Sequence record: LC727695.1
Strand: one strand, 5' to 3'
DNA length: 64,000 bases
A model generated the notes under the pieces. The model saw nothing but the letters and a program-made list of their open reading frames with translations, was not told the origin of the DNA and ran no database searches. The position numbers and the translations under genes were made by a program. Shown here in pieces: positions 1 to 9,990 of the stretch; positions within the stretch are counted from its first letter, which is position 1, and each line of letters starts with the position of its first letter.

Positions 1-201
1 GATGAGATCACCAGGTGCAATACCAATACCTGAACAATACCGTCTAAAGTTATTACACGGTTGACATGCTTTCTTTTCAACGATATTTAATTCAAAGCAA
101 ATATTGCCACGTGAATCTAGAATGGATATAAATGCTTTGTTACCTGTTACGCGATATGTCTTACCGAATACAACAGTTGTTTTATATGCAAGGCTATTCA
201 T
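1..201 (-). CDS. hypothetical protein, runs off the window edge
   Basis: AAAGGA RBS then ATG at 201; open to position 1 (MNSLAYKTTVVFGKTYRV...). Confidence 0.6.
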   Translation of the reverse strand, partial: MNSLAYKTTVVFGKTYRVTGNKAFISILDSRGNICFELNIVEKKACQPCNNFRRYCSGIGIAPGDLI

Positions 202-268
202 GATTATTCCTTTAACATGGATTATTATCATGTTTGTAATATAGCCTTTAAATGTATTTAAATATTTA

Positions 269-556
269 TTAAACCCCATAGCGATGAGCTATATATGTTT
301 TTAATACCTCATATGCCTTATCAGTTGCCATGGAACTATTGACAAAATCAGAATGATCAATCTTAATAATCTTACCGAATGAATCATAATCGATAGTTGT
401 AACTGCTATTCGATCACTATCACGGATCAATAGTTTATTTTTATTTAAAACAAAAATATTCCATTTCTCGCCATCGGCTAAAATAACATCCTCATCTTTA
501 AGATTAAGACGAACAAACTGTTTTACATAAATACTTAACTGAGCAACTGTTGACAT
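269..556 (-). CDS. hypothetical phage protein
   Basis: 95 aa ORF in a tightly packed minus-strand operon. Confidence 0.7.
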   Translation of the reverse strand: MSTVAQLSIYVKQFVRLNLKDEDVILADGEKWNIFVLNKNKLLIRDSDRIAVTTIDYDSFGKIIKIDHSDFVNSSMATDKAYEVLKTYIAHRYGV

Positions 557-867
557 AATGATTTCTCGATATCTGTTAATGAAATAATCATATCTTGGAC
601 ATTGATGGTAATAACATTTTTATAAGTTAAATAAGTTGGATATGAACCCATAAATGTAATAGTCCCACAGATATGATTTTTATATCTAATATCAACACAT
701 CCGTCATATCTCCAGATAAAATCAAATGATCCTTTAGTGTGGTGTTCAAGTGAAAGAATAGAACCACTAACTAATTTAGGATATTGTTCAAATTCAGACA
801 TTACATAATCTGCCAGTTCCTTAACCTCAGGATAATCAATCAATAATAGCATATACGTAAATCTCAA
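535..867 (-). CDS. hypothetical phage protein
   Basis: 110 aa ORF overlapping both neighbours. Confidence 0.7.
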   Translation of the reverse strand: MRFTYMLLLIDYPEVKELADYVMSEFEQYPKLVSGSILSLEHHTKGSFDFIWRYDGCVDIRYKNHICGTITFMGSYPTYLTYKNVITINVQDMIISLTDIEKSLCQQLLS

Positions 868-1337
868 TTAGTTAATATAACACCCCATCCAGGGTGGACT
901 CTTTCGAAAAATGGTAATGTATTATTTCGTATACTGTCTGCATCAATATTTGGAATGTGGATGGTACAACAGTGGGGGTTACTGTCAATCTTGAAATAGA
1001 AATTATCTTTTAAATCTTCAACCTTGGATGTTTGCAATGGATATAAAATACCATTCCCCCAAACATACCAACGTCTATACAGCTTATCGTTTAACCGCTT
1101 CTCAATAACCGAATGCGATTTGAAACGAGGAACTCGCAAACGCATCCCGTTTACTTCAGCCCATTTGTCTACCCGATCATAGCTAATAATTCCATCCTTA
1201 ACCATTACAAAGATAAATCCCTCAACTATGTTGGGGAGACGAACTACGTGTTTCAGAACCATAGTAAACGGAGATAACGTCAGATCAAGTTCAGCTGCCA
1301 TTTGCTCGTCGAGCTTTTTAGCAGTGTTCTTTGCCAT
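864..1337 (-). CDS. hypothetical phage protein
   Basis: 157 aa ORF, GGAG RBS. Confidence 0.75.
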   Translation of the reverse strand: MAKNTAKKLDEQMAAELDLTLSPFTMVLKHVVRLPNIVEGFIFVMVKDGIISYDRVDKWAEVNGMRLRVPRFKSHSVIEKRLNDKLYRRWYVWGNGILYPLQTSKVEDLKDNFYFKIDSNPHCCTIHIPNIDADSIRNNTLPFFERVHPGWGVILTN

Positions 1338-1376
1338 CAGTTATCTCCTAATATACAGATTATTAATTATCGCTAG

Positions 1377-1859
1377 TTATTTAATATCTGCAAAATTCTG
1401 ATTTACTTTACCCATAAAAATACCATCTGCTCTATCGTCATAATAAAGCTTCCCTGCTTTAGCATTACATAAAACTCCATAAATGTGACCATTGTAACCA
1501 TCAAAATTAAATAAAGATGGATTATACGGTACGTGAATGAATCCCATTTTATCGCACAGAAACTTAGCTACAGCAGCCGATCGGCTAATACCGGCCTCAC
1601 AGTGTACGAATAGGTGTTGATCCTTACCAAGAGCTTCACAGAACGAAATAATACGTTGTGCATGACGATGATCAAATAGATCATAAGAAGAATCAACATA
1701 ATCCTCAATGTCGTCAACATTGATACGTAAATAATTAAGATGTCTTGCTGAATAAAGTGGGACTCTACCTTTCTCCAGTAGACAGATCATATTTCTAGGG
1801 GAATAAAATGATTCAGCTACATGTAAAGGAATATAAGTAACTGTATTTACTGGCTTCAT
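1377..1859 (-). CDS. dual-specificity/tyrosine phosphatase-family protein
   Basis: CX5R active-site loop VHCEAGISRSAAV; GAGG RBS. Confidence 0.85.
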   Translation of the reverse strand: MKPVNTVTYIPLHVAESFYSPRNMICLLEKGRVPLYSARHLNYLRINVDDIEDYVDSSYDLFDHRHAQRIISFCEALGKDQHLFVHCEAGISRSAAVAKFLCDKMGFIHVPYNPSLFNFDGYNGHIYGVLCNAKAGKLYYDDRADGIFMGKVNQNFADIK

Positions 1860-1887
1860 ATTACACCTCGTTACAAAAAAAATAAAA

Positions 1888-1905
1888 GGAGCCCCGAAGG
1901 GCTCC
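1888..1905 (-). terminator. intrinsic terminator after phuZ
   Basis: GGAGCCC-CGAA-GGGCTCC followed by a T-run on the minus strand. Confidence 0.85.
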
Positions 1906-1912
1906 AGTTATA

Positions 1913-2896
1913 TTAATCGAATACAAGACCACTACTAGTCGCTTGGTCATCCACATCTAGAGTAGACTGACGCTTACGCATATTAGCTTTGGCTCGATTC
2001 ATCATTTCACGACGTTCTTCTAATCGTTTTCGAATATCTTCAACAGATAGACTAGTGATCACAAAATGCATTTGATCGAAATCATATTTCTCGGGATCAG
2101 CATAACCAGTAGTACGAGTTAAAACAGTGTTAATGGATACTTCGCGATCAGGGTCAGTGTATAGTGAAGCAATAGAAATTGGATCCAGAATAGCCTGGGC
2201 TTCTTGACGATCAAAACACACGTGTAATTGGACAGTCTGTACAGGTACATCATGGTGTTTATGGAAGTGTGCCCAGTTAGTGATATCCATTAGATCAAGA
2301 CTTTGGTGTTCTTGATTAAATAGAGTTACTAGTGCATCTAGCACTTCAAGAATGTTTTGGTTCACCATTGACTGCGGTACACCTTCAACATTCTCATGGT
2401 AGTTAATAATCATCGGAACTTTACTAACAGAGGAAACCCCTTCAAACGTCTTAAGGCTACCACTACTATTTCGAAGACTAATATCACTGTCGTAAGATCC
2501 AATGACTACACTTACAACTACTTCACCTTGTTGTTGTAGATGACTAACAAGGGAAGGATCAATAGTTGAACCAGAAGCGCCACCCATTGAATACACTACA
2601 ATGTTAGCATCCCCTGCTGGGAAATGATGGGCAATGGCAGGAATGTGTGAAGAGATTAGTTCTGCGGCTGCCTTACGATCTTTACCCATACCGATAGCCC
2701 GTTTACATGCGGTCTGGTCAGCTAGCTTAGTATCCGCTTCAATAATGATCGTATTATCATCAGTATTATGTTTGTGTTTATTTTGTACACTGGTATCAAT
2801 GTAGCAAACATCCTCATGATAACCATGGAATAGTTCACCAATACGGAAACCAGCACCACCACAAAAGTAAATTCGAGTTTTTACTTTAGACATCAT
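1913..2896 (-). CDS. phuZ: phage tubulin PhuZ (spindle protein, phiKZ gp39-like)
   Basis: GGAG T1 loop, GGASGST T4 loop, DLMD T7 loop, acidic C-tail ending GLVFD; 327 aa. Confidence 0.96.
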   Translation of the reverse strand: MMSKVKTRIYFCGGAGFRIGELFHGYHEDVCYIDTSVQNKHKHNTDDNTIIIEADTKLADQTACKRAIGMGKDRKAAAELISSHIPAIAHHFPAGDANIVVYSMGGASGSTIDPSLVSHLQQQGEVVVSVVIGSYDSDISLRNSSGSLKTFEGVSSVSKVPMIINYHENVEGVPQSMVNQNILEVLDALVTLFNQEHQSLDLMDITNWAHFHKHHDVPVQTVQLHVCFDRQEAQAILDPISIASLYTDPDREVSINTVLTRTTGYADPEKYDFDQMHFVITSLSVEDIRKRLEERREMMNRAKANMRKRQSTLDVDDQATSSGLVFD

Positions 2897-2946
2897 TACA
2901 CCTCATTGTGTTTAATATAAATTCATATACCAACTTGTAAATGGTA

Positions 2947-3459
2947 TTAGTGCTTAAAAGTAACGATCTCTTCATGAGTTCGTTCTTGATGAACAATTAA
3001 TTCATTAACCACTTTACCAATATCTGATTTAAATTCAATTGCAAGCTTATCTCGACACATATAGGTTTGCCAAGTGCCACCGGACTTAACACAATCAATA
3101 ATCATGTTTAGTACATTCTTAACTTCAATCTTACTGACTTTATAACGGTAAATACTTAGAAGTTCAGTAAGCCATTTCGTTTTTGGGATTTTGGCATTTT
3201 TACGTTCTTTAGAAATATCAAAAGGAATTAATGCAATGATCTCACCATCTTTGTTAGTGAATTCAAATACCATACCTTTTGTGTTAGCTAAAGGACGAAT
3301 GTTATAATTACCTTTAACACTGCATACTTCTTCAGATAACTTAACTAACCTATCTAGTTGAACATCAGATGCATGAATGTTATCTTCTTTAAATGCTTTC
3401 TTTAGTTCATCATGAGTTAGTGGAGTACGTACTAGAGTGTAATCTTTCTGTTCAGTCAT
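2947..3459 (-). CDS. hypothetical protein (gp38 position)
   Basis: 170 aa ORF between dip and phuZ. Confidence 0.75.
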   Translation of the reverse strand: MTEQKDYTLVRTPLTHDELKKAFKEDNIHASDVQLDRLVKLSEEVCSVKGNYNIRPLANTKGMVFEFTNKDGEIIALIPFDISKERKNAKIPKTKWLTELLSIYRYKVSKIEVKNVLNMIIDCVKSGGTWQTYMCRDKLAIEFKSDIGKVVNELIVHQERTHEEIVTFKH

Positions 3460-3706
3460 TTTTCATTTTTTCCAATTTTTCTATTTTCAAATTAAACGGT
3501 ATTGGCTTTTTATAGCCAATCCCTTATTACTAAAAGTAATAGATTCTCGAACTAAGGATGGGTTATACCCCTTCTCTAATAATAAGGAATATTATATGGG
3601 ACCCCCCCAAAGGGTCCCCCCCACATAATATACTATTTATATAATTTTCTTTTTAGAAGAAAAGAGATAAATAAGAGAAATACAGTCTATTAAAGTAATG
3701 AATTTC

Positions 3707-4528
3707 TCAAAAATTAAATAGTACACCGCGCGTCCGTTGCGTCGGATTGGCCTGCCGGACGATGGTCCGGATGTGCGGTAATAGCGGGTTTTTCAAAAAT
3801 ACTTGCATCGCGGTTGAATTGAGCGGTTGATTATAACGTGTGATCTTAATAGTAAATAGAACTTCTTCAACATCTGAATGACATCCTTCGAAACTAAAAT
3901 ATACTTCAGTCCGATCAATAAACTGATACATTTCTACAGCTGGTTCAGCTGGATCTTTAAAGGCCAGCTTATTAGCGAAATAATCAGTATGGGCTAGAAT
4001 TAATTCTTTTACATTAATTGCATTCTTCTTATCAACAAGGAATTCAAACTCTTCAAGGTTATCTGTTTTGAAAATACCTTGATAAGATGACGACTCGATT
4101 AGTTCATCACTGATATCATCAACATGAACGCCTGGCATAAATTCAATGACTGGTAGAATAAGCTTGTTACCTCCTACGCCGTCAGCGATATGAATTCCAA
4201 TCACATTACCATCACTAATGTATTCGTCATTACCGCAAATAACGGCACCAGCCGCTAGATATAAATTATCAACATATTTCAGATTATCGGCAATAATGCG
4301 AGATAGTACATATTCTCGCACCATGGCATCATCTGGACTTGACTGCGGTTTAAAAGTATAGTGGGTGTTATGACTACTCATGGTCGCACATGTAACAAAA
4401 ACTGAAATATCTACTGGATTAAATACCCAATGAACGGAGATATCCTCTAATTTATGTGGATGATGTAAACCATCTAGCTTAGATAGGGCTTGGAGTTGTT
4501 CTTCCCAGGTGATGTTAAATTGAGTCAT
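3707..4528 (-). CDS. dip: Dip, RNA degradosome (RNase E) inhibitor, phiKZ gp37-like
   Basis: MTQFNITWEEQLQALSKLDGLHHPHKLEDISVHW matches remembered gp37; 273 aa from the second ATG, which has a GAGG RBS; synteny with phuZ. Confidence 0.88.
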   Translation of the reverse strand: MTQFNITWEEQLQALSKLDGLHHPHKLEDISVHWVFNPVDISVFVTCATMSSHNTHYTFKPQSSPDDAMVREYVLSRIIADNLKYVDNLYLAAGAVICGNDEYISDGNVIGIHIADGVGGNKLILPVIEFMPGVHVDDISDELIESSSYQGIFKTDNLEEFEFLVDKKNAINVKELILAHTDYFANKLAFKDPAEPAVEMYQFIDRTEVYFSFEGCHSDVEEVLFTIKITRYNQPLNSTAMQVFLKNPLLPHIRTIVRQANPTQRTRGVLFNF

Positions 4529-4564
4529 TTTTTCTAACCTCTTCATTTATTAAAAATAATACAC

Positions 4565-5377
4565 TTATTTTACTTTAGCAGTTGATACTTCACATACATT
4601 AACTAATTGTTCAAATAACGGTTCATTATCTGGATCATTAACTAATTTTGATGTATTAATAATAATACCAGAATACAGCATATCAGCTGCATCTCGATCA
4701 CTTGTTTTGCTGGTTACACCTTCCCACTTCCATCCATAGTAAATTAAATCAAATGATGAACCAATGTTAAAGGTTGATTGAATAAATTTGCATGTACCAT
4801 TTTCTTTTAACCAATCAGGCCTATATGGTTCATTTTTATAAAATTCATGCATGAGTACTTTAAAATCAGTTTTAATGTTTTCATGAATAATGCAATCAAT
4901 AGAATTAAGAGCTTCATCAAGAGCTGATTTAGACTCAATAATGATTTCTGATACATTGGCAGATTTTAGTGTAATCATGCCTAGTTCATCTGAGTGTGCT
5001 CTTCCGATTTGAAATACATTGAGCTTACCAATTGGTAAGGTGGCTTTTAATGGCAGATTAGTATAGTGAGATACATCGCTTTTATAACTGTCTTCATATG
5101 ACTCAATTAAATTAAGCCATGCTCTTTCAATACGTGTATTCTCAAAATGCTGTTCTTCTTCTAGTAGTCTAGAAATTAGATGATTAATGTATTGAACATT
5201 ATGGCCAGTACCGGTAATTGAATTATATTTCGTATTACCGGTAATTCCCCATTTATTATTTTCTTTATTTATCCAACCGTAGATTACACTGTTTTTAGGA
5301 TATTTATTTTTAAAATTATCGTATATTTCTTTTAGATGTGGATTAGGGGTAAAACTAAAAGTAGTTGATTCAGTCAT
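4565..5377 (-). CDS. hypothetical protein (gp36 position)
   Basis: 270 aa ORF, AGGT RBS. Confidence 0.75.
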   Translation of the reverse strand: MTESTTFSFTPNPHLKEIYDNFKNKYPKNSVIYGWINKENNKWGITGNTKYNSITGTGHNVQYINHLISRLLEEEQHFENTRIERAWLNLIESYEDSYKSDVSHYTNLPLKATLPIGKLNVFQIGRAHSDELGMITLKSANVSEIIIESKSALDEALNSIDCIIHENIKTDFKVLMHEFYKNEPYRPDWLKENGTCKFIQSTFNIGSSFDLIYYGWKWEGVTSKTSDRDAADMLYSGIIINTSKLVNDPDNEPLFEQLVNVCEVSTAKVK

Positions 5378-5449
5378 TATAGATACCTATTTGAATATTG
5401 TTTATTATTGCAAATTAGTAATATAGATCTTAAACTTTTTTTAACTCAG

Positions 5450-5479
5450 CATAAAGCCTCCCCTAGGGGAGGCGATATG
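5450..5479. terminator. GC hairpin flanked by CATA...TATG
   Basis: GCCTCCCC-TA-GGGGAGGC at 5456-5473. Confidence 0.8.
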
Positions 5480-5480
5480 T

Positions 5481-6296
5481 TCATTTATCTATTTCAGCGT
5501 TTGGATCATACCAAGGTAATAAACTTAGTAGTGCCGGTTGTTGTTTCTTCATATCCTCTAAGATTGTTGCTTCACTTGCACCTTCTAACATAGTGGTGAA
5601 AGTAATCATGTTCTTAGAGTTATATATCGGACGTAGACCATTACCAAAGAATTTCACTTGTTGAACCATTATTTTGAAATCAGGGTTATCGACTACATCT
5701 GGGATATAGATACCAGGTGGCGCACTGAAATAACGTTTAATTAACTCAATAGCCCAATACGTTGGTAAATCACCAAACTGTGATTTCACTGTAGCTAGGT
5801 TTAATTGGAATGCTTTAGGTTCTTCAGGCGGCGGTTCCACCGGATCAATTGGATCAGTGGGTTCTTCAGGGCCAGTAGGTTCAGTAGGCTCTTCAGGATC
5901 CTCTGGATCGCCTTCTGTTGGCTTTTCTTCAGATGTGCCACCATCAGGGTCACTTGAACCATCATCATCTTCAACGGGCTCCTCAGGCGTTTCTATAGGC
6001 TCCTTCGGATCTTCCTGATTCTCCGATAGATCGGGCTCTTCTGATTCCCCATCTCCATTTGCTTCAGTAGAAGACGTGTCTTCTGATTCTTCATCTGTTG
6101 TCGAGTCAGTTGTGGCTGTGTTTTCTGAATCGGCAGTGGTATTTTCATTTTCACTTGATTCAGTAGAAACAATTTCAGTAGGAGTGGTTTCAAGTTCATT
6201 GACACTATCCTCTGCATTAGTTACTTCATTAGGGATTTCACTAATTTCTGATAATGTTACCGGTGCACTTACTGCGCGAGCTTTTCGTTTAGCCAT
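5481..6296 (-). CDS. head protein with acidic Pro/Glu/Thr-rich low-complexity N-half (gp35-like capsid vertex protein)
   Basis: EPTEPTGPEEPTDPIDPVEPPPEEP repeats, folded C-terminal domain; gene order. Confidence 0.7.
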   Translation of the reverse strand: MAKRKARAVSAPVTLSEISEIPNEVTNAEDSVNELETTPTEIVSTESSENENTTADSENTATTDSTTDEESEDTSSTEANGDGESEEPDLSENQEDPKEPIETPEEPVEDDDGSSDPDGGTSEEKPTEGDPEDPEEPTEPTGPEEPTDPIDPVEPPPEEPKAFQLNLATVKSQFGDLPTYWAIELIKRYFSAPPGIYIPDVVDNPDFKIMVQQVKFFGNGLRPIYNSKNMITFTTMLEGASEATILEDMKKQQPALLSLLPWYDPNAEIDK

Positions 6297-6305
6297 GGTT
6301 GTACC

Positions 6306-7085
<780 letters not shown>

Positions 7086-7171
7086 CTACAATTATATTTG
7101 AGTTATTGTACTACAGATGATAAAAGAGAAAATACATCATAAGCCCTCTCCTTATGGAGAGGGCATTATAT

Positions 7172-7375
7172 TTACATAGTGTTAAAACACGCATTAAATT
7201 TAGATAATGAGCAGCCAGTATAAATTAATGATTGCTCTAGTTGTATGATGACATCGCCATTACTATCAAAATCAGCAGCAATAAAAGTAGATTCAGTTAT
7301 CTTAAAAGTAGATGGCAGCATTTCTAAATAATTAAATATTGCTTGATTATCGATGTCATGAGGATTTAAATCCAT
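7172..7375 (-). CDS. hypothetical protein
   Basis: 67 aa, AGGT RBS, followed by the terminator at 7143-7164. Confidence 0.6.
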   Translation of the reverse strand: MDLNPHDIDNQAIFNYLEMLPSTFKITESTFIAADFDSNGDVIIQLEQSLIYTGCSLSKFNACFNTM

Positions 7376-7382
7376 ATGTTAC

Positions 7383-8252
7383 CTATACATGGATAGTTAT
7401 GGACCAAATATTAACAGGACTGCATAAGACAATTGTGATTAAATCTCTATGAGTTCTTTGATAATGATTGGAACACATAACTTTGATTAACTTTAATTTT
7501 TTAGTTTCTTTATTTTGAATTTCTTTGATAAGCGATTCAATAAGCTCATTAGTAATAAGTGAATGTCCATCAATAAATGGTTTTATACTTACTAGCGAAT
7601 CTTTGTTAAATAGAATTGCATCATCATATTCGCATGTAGCTGCGGTCTTGTATATGGATGCAACTTTATTAACTTTGTCATTAGTGACTATAGAAAAATT
7701 AAATTCACTCTTAGTTTTACTTAACGATGTTTCAAATAATTTATATTTATCAATAATAGTTTTATTATCAATAAATGATTTCATCCCAATATTTAAATCT
7801 ATGTCCAGTGTGTAAGAATCATGTATTAAACCAATTGATAGTTGAGTCTCATTACCACTATTGTTAAACTTAATATTATTAACTGAACATATCTGATTAT
7901 TAATAAACGATAATAATAGTTTAGAAATAGTTTTAATAACATTAACTTCATAATCATTATTAGTACAAGCAAGTGCAGTTGTCATGTATCGACTAACTTG
8001 ACTAACATCTAGTTTCTGATAGTTACTACCACTATCTACCCATGGGTCAATATTTAAAAAAATCCTTAGACTAGCTAGAATATCAGAAGATGTTTCAGAA
8101 TAAATGAAAAACACATTATTATTAAGATCATCTTTTAGCCAACCACTAGTTCTAAGATTTTCTAGATCTTTTTCATTAGATACCGATTGACTTAATTGCT
8201 GAATTAAACTAGGGTTAGCTAGGTTTAATAAACTAATCATTTTATAAACCAT
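7383..8252 (-). CDS. hypothetical protein (gp33 position)
   Basis: 289 aa, very AT-rich, GAGGA RBS. Confidence 0.7.
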   Translation of the reverse strand: MVYKMISLLNLANPSLIQQLSQSVSNEKDLENLRTSGWLKDDLNNNVFFIYSETSSDILASLRIFLNIDPWVDSGSNYQKLDVSQVSRYMTTALACTNNDYEVNVIKTISKLLLSFINNQICSVNNIKFNNSGNETQLSIGLIHDSYTLDIDLNIGMKSFIDNKTIIDKYKLFETSLSKTKSEFNFSIVTNDKVNKVASIYKTAATCEYDDAILFNKDSLVSIKPFIDGHSLITNELIESLIKEIQNKETKKLKLIKVMCSNHYQRTHRDLITIVLCSPVNIWSITIHV

Positions 8253-8342
8253 TTTATTATCCTCTAATTTATGTAATTACATGGAATAAATAACATAAGT
8301 ACTTTTATGACTTATGATTTGATTCTCCAGGAGGTTTTCCCA

Positions 8343-9581
8343 ATGGCAACTATTAAAGAAGTCCTTGATAGAAATTTTAAGGATGTTCAATTTGATCGCG
8401 ATTTATGTAAAAGAATTATTGACTTTACTATCAGTTTTATGAATAGGAATGCTGATCACTCTGCTTTCTTTGGTGGTGTATTACTAGGTGTACAACAAGT
8501 TAAATTCTTCGATACGGATCGTGAGATTTGGTATGATGATGTTTTACGAATTGATGAAGCGCTGTTAGTCCAAGATTTTAAGTCAGTTGAATTCATTGAC
8601 CCTAACCATCGTGTAATGTCAGATGTATTCAATCATCTTCCTGCCTATATTTGTTCTAGGCTTTTAAAAACAACTAATGTTCCTTTGAATATTAGACATG
8701 AAGCAATGGTTAGTTGTTTCATGGTGTTGCATTTTAAATATCTAACATCTTTACTTGTACCACGCTTTAAATATCCTGCACGTAAAGAAGTAGCCGAAGC
8801 TGCATTCGCCGCACTCAATTATCGATTTGACATTAAGACAATTGGGTCATGGGAGAAACTATTTAGGCAACGGGCTGAAGGTATCATTGCACCTGATTCT
8901 ATTTATGCACCTTTCTTAACTGGTAAAACACAAGAACTGGATTATTGGTCTGGTCGTGTGGTATCTGATACTCAAACACGTCTACGTGAATTAATCAACA
9001 AGTACTATGATGTTTATATCAGAACACTGCAATCAGGTGGTAAATTAGTTATTTCATCGGATATGGCTGTTAATTCTGATGGTGAGCAGATTCTACGCGA
9101 TAAGTCTACTGGGTATCGCTCATATCTTACTTATATCCATCAAGTTGCGCAACAAGAACAAAATTTCATTAGACCTGAGCTAGTCGGTATTATTGAAAAG
9201 ATAATGCCCACAATGCCTCCAGAAATGTTCATGGCAACGCTTAGACACCTTTCCCGTAACATCGGTCAACCTAGAGCACAAAAGCTTGAGAAACTCGTAG
9301 ATGAGTGCTTATTGTATGCTTTCGATTATATGCAATCACTCCGTACAATGGTTGCTAGAAATAATGATCTACAAACATTGCTTGTAAAAATACGAGCAAA
9401 GATAATGGCATCTAAAACAGAAAATGCTCAAGTTATTTTCATGCGTGAAGAAGGTGAGAAGTTAGTTAGGGATGCGACTAATTCTAGGGTACCTGCATAT
9501 ATCGCAGCAACTAGGACTGGGTTGATGTTGTATTTAATTCTACGTGCTATGACTAAGAATTACTATACAAAAACAAAATAA
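8343..9581 (+). CDS. conserved virion structural protein (gp32 position)
   Basis: 412 aa from the ATG after GGAGG (ORF track opens at 8307); ends at terminator 9589-9609. Confidence 0.75.
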   Translation: MATIKEVLDRNFKDVQFDRDLCKRIIDFTISFMNRNADHSAFFGGVLLGVQQVKFFDTDREIWYDDVLRIDEALLVQDFKSVEFIDPNHRVMSDVFNHLPAYICSRLLKTTNVPLNIRHEAMVSCFMVLHFKYLTSLLVPRFKYPARKEVAEAAFAALNYRFDIKTIGSWEKLFRQRAEGIIAPDSIYAPFLTGKTQELDYWSGRVVSDTQTRLRELINKYYDVYIRTLQSGGKLVISSDMAVNSDGEQILRDKSTGYRSYLTYIHQVAQQEQNFIRPELVGIIEKIMPTMPPEMFMATLRHLSRNIGQPRAQKLEKLVDECLLYAFDYMQSLRTMVARNNDLQTLLVKIRAKIMASKTENAQVIFMREEGEKLVRDATNSRVPAYIAATRTGLMLYLILRAMTKNYYTKTK

Positions 9582-9582
9582 A

Positions 9583-9614
9583 CATAATGCCCTCCCGCAA
9601 TGGGAGGGCTTATG
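9583..9614. terminator. bidirectional terminator between convergent genes
   Basis: GCCCTCCC-GCAAT-GGGAGGGC flanked by CATA/TATG. Confidence 0.85.
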
Positions 9615-9627
9615 CTGTTAAGTAACA

Positions 9628-9990
9628 TTAGCTAGATTGATCATTACATAAATTTTTCAGAGCATCGTAAATAGCCACATAAGTAAAAATAGTTAAACTA
9701 TCTTTAATTTCCTTACGTGGGGTGCCACTGAATCCACCCCATGATACATTTGTATTACTAACACATACAGTGCTAATAGCTGGCTCATGATAGCCACCAT
9801 CTACTTTACGCTTTGCATAAACCTTAGCCGTAATTTCTCCACGTAACTTTTTGAAGAAAACTAGAGCACCCGGAACGACTATACGTTTATTACCAATCTT
9901 CGTAATAAATTCTTTACGATTAGTAAAGTGCTCTTTTAATAAATCATTAATAATTTTAGTTAAACTATCAATTTCATTCTTCATCGACAC
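9628..9990 (-). CDS. hypothetical protein
   Basis: 120 aa, overlaps the stop of the upstream gene. Confidence 0.7.
   Translation of the reverse strand: MSMKNEIDSLTKIINDLLKEHFTNRKEFITKIGNKRIVVPGALVFFKKLRGEITAKVYAKRKVDGGYHEPAISTVCVSNTNVSWGGFSGTPRKEIKDSLTIFTYVAIYDALKNLCNDQSS

Noticed and set aside
5780-6200. Tandem DNA repeat array
   Set aside because: Imperfect codon-level repetition from Pro/Glu/Thr-rich protein, not a DNA element.
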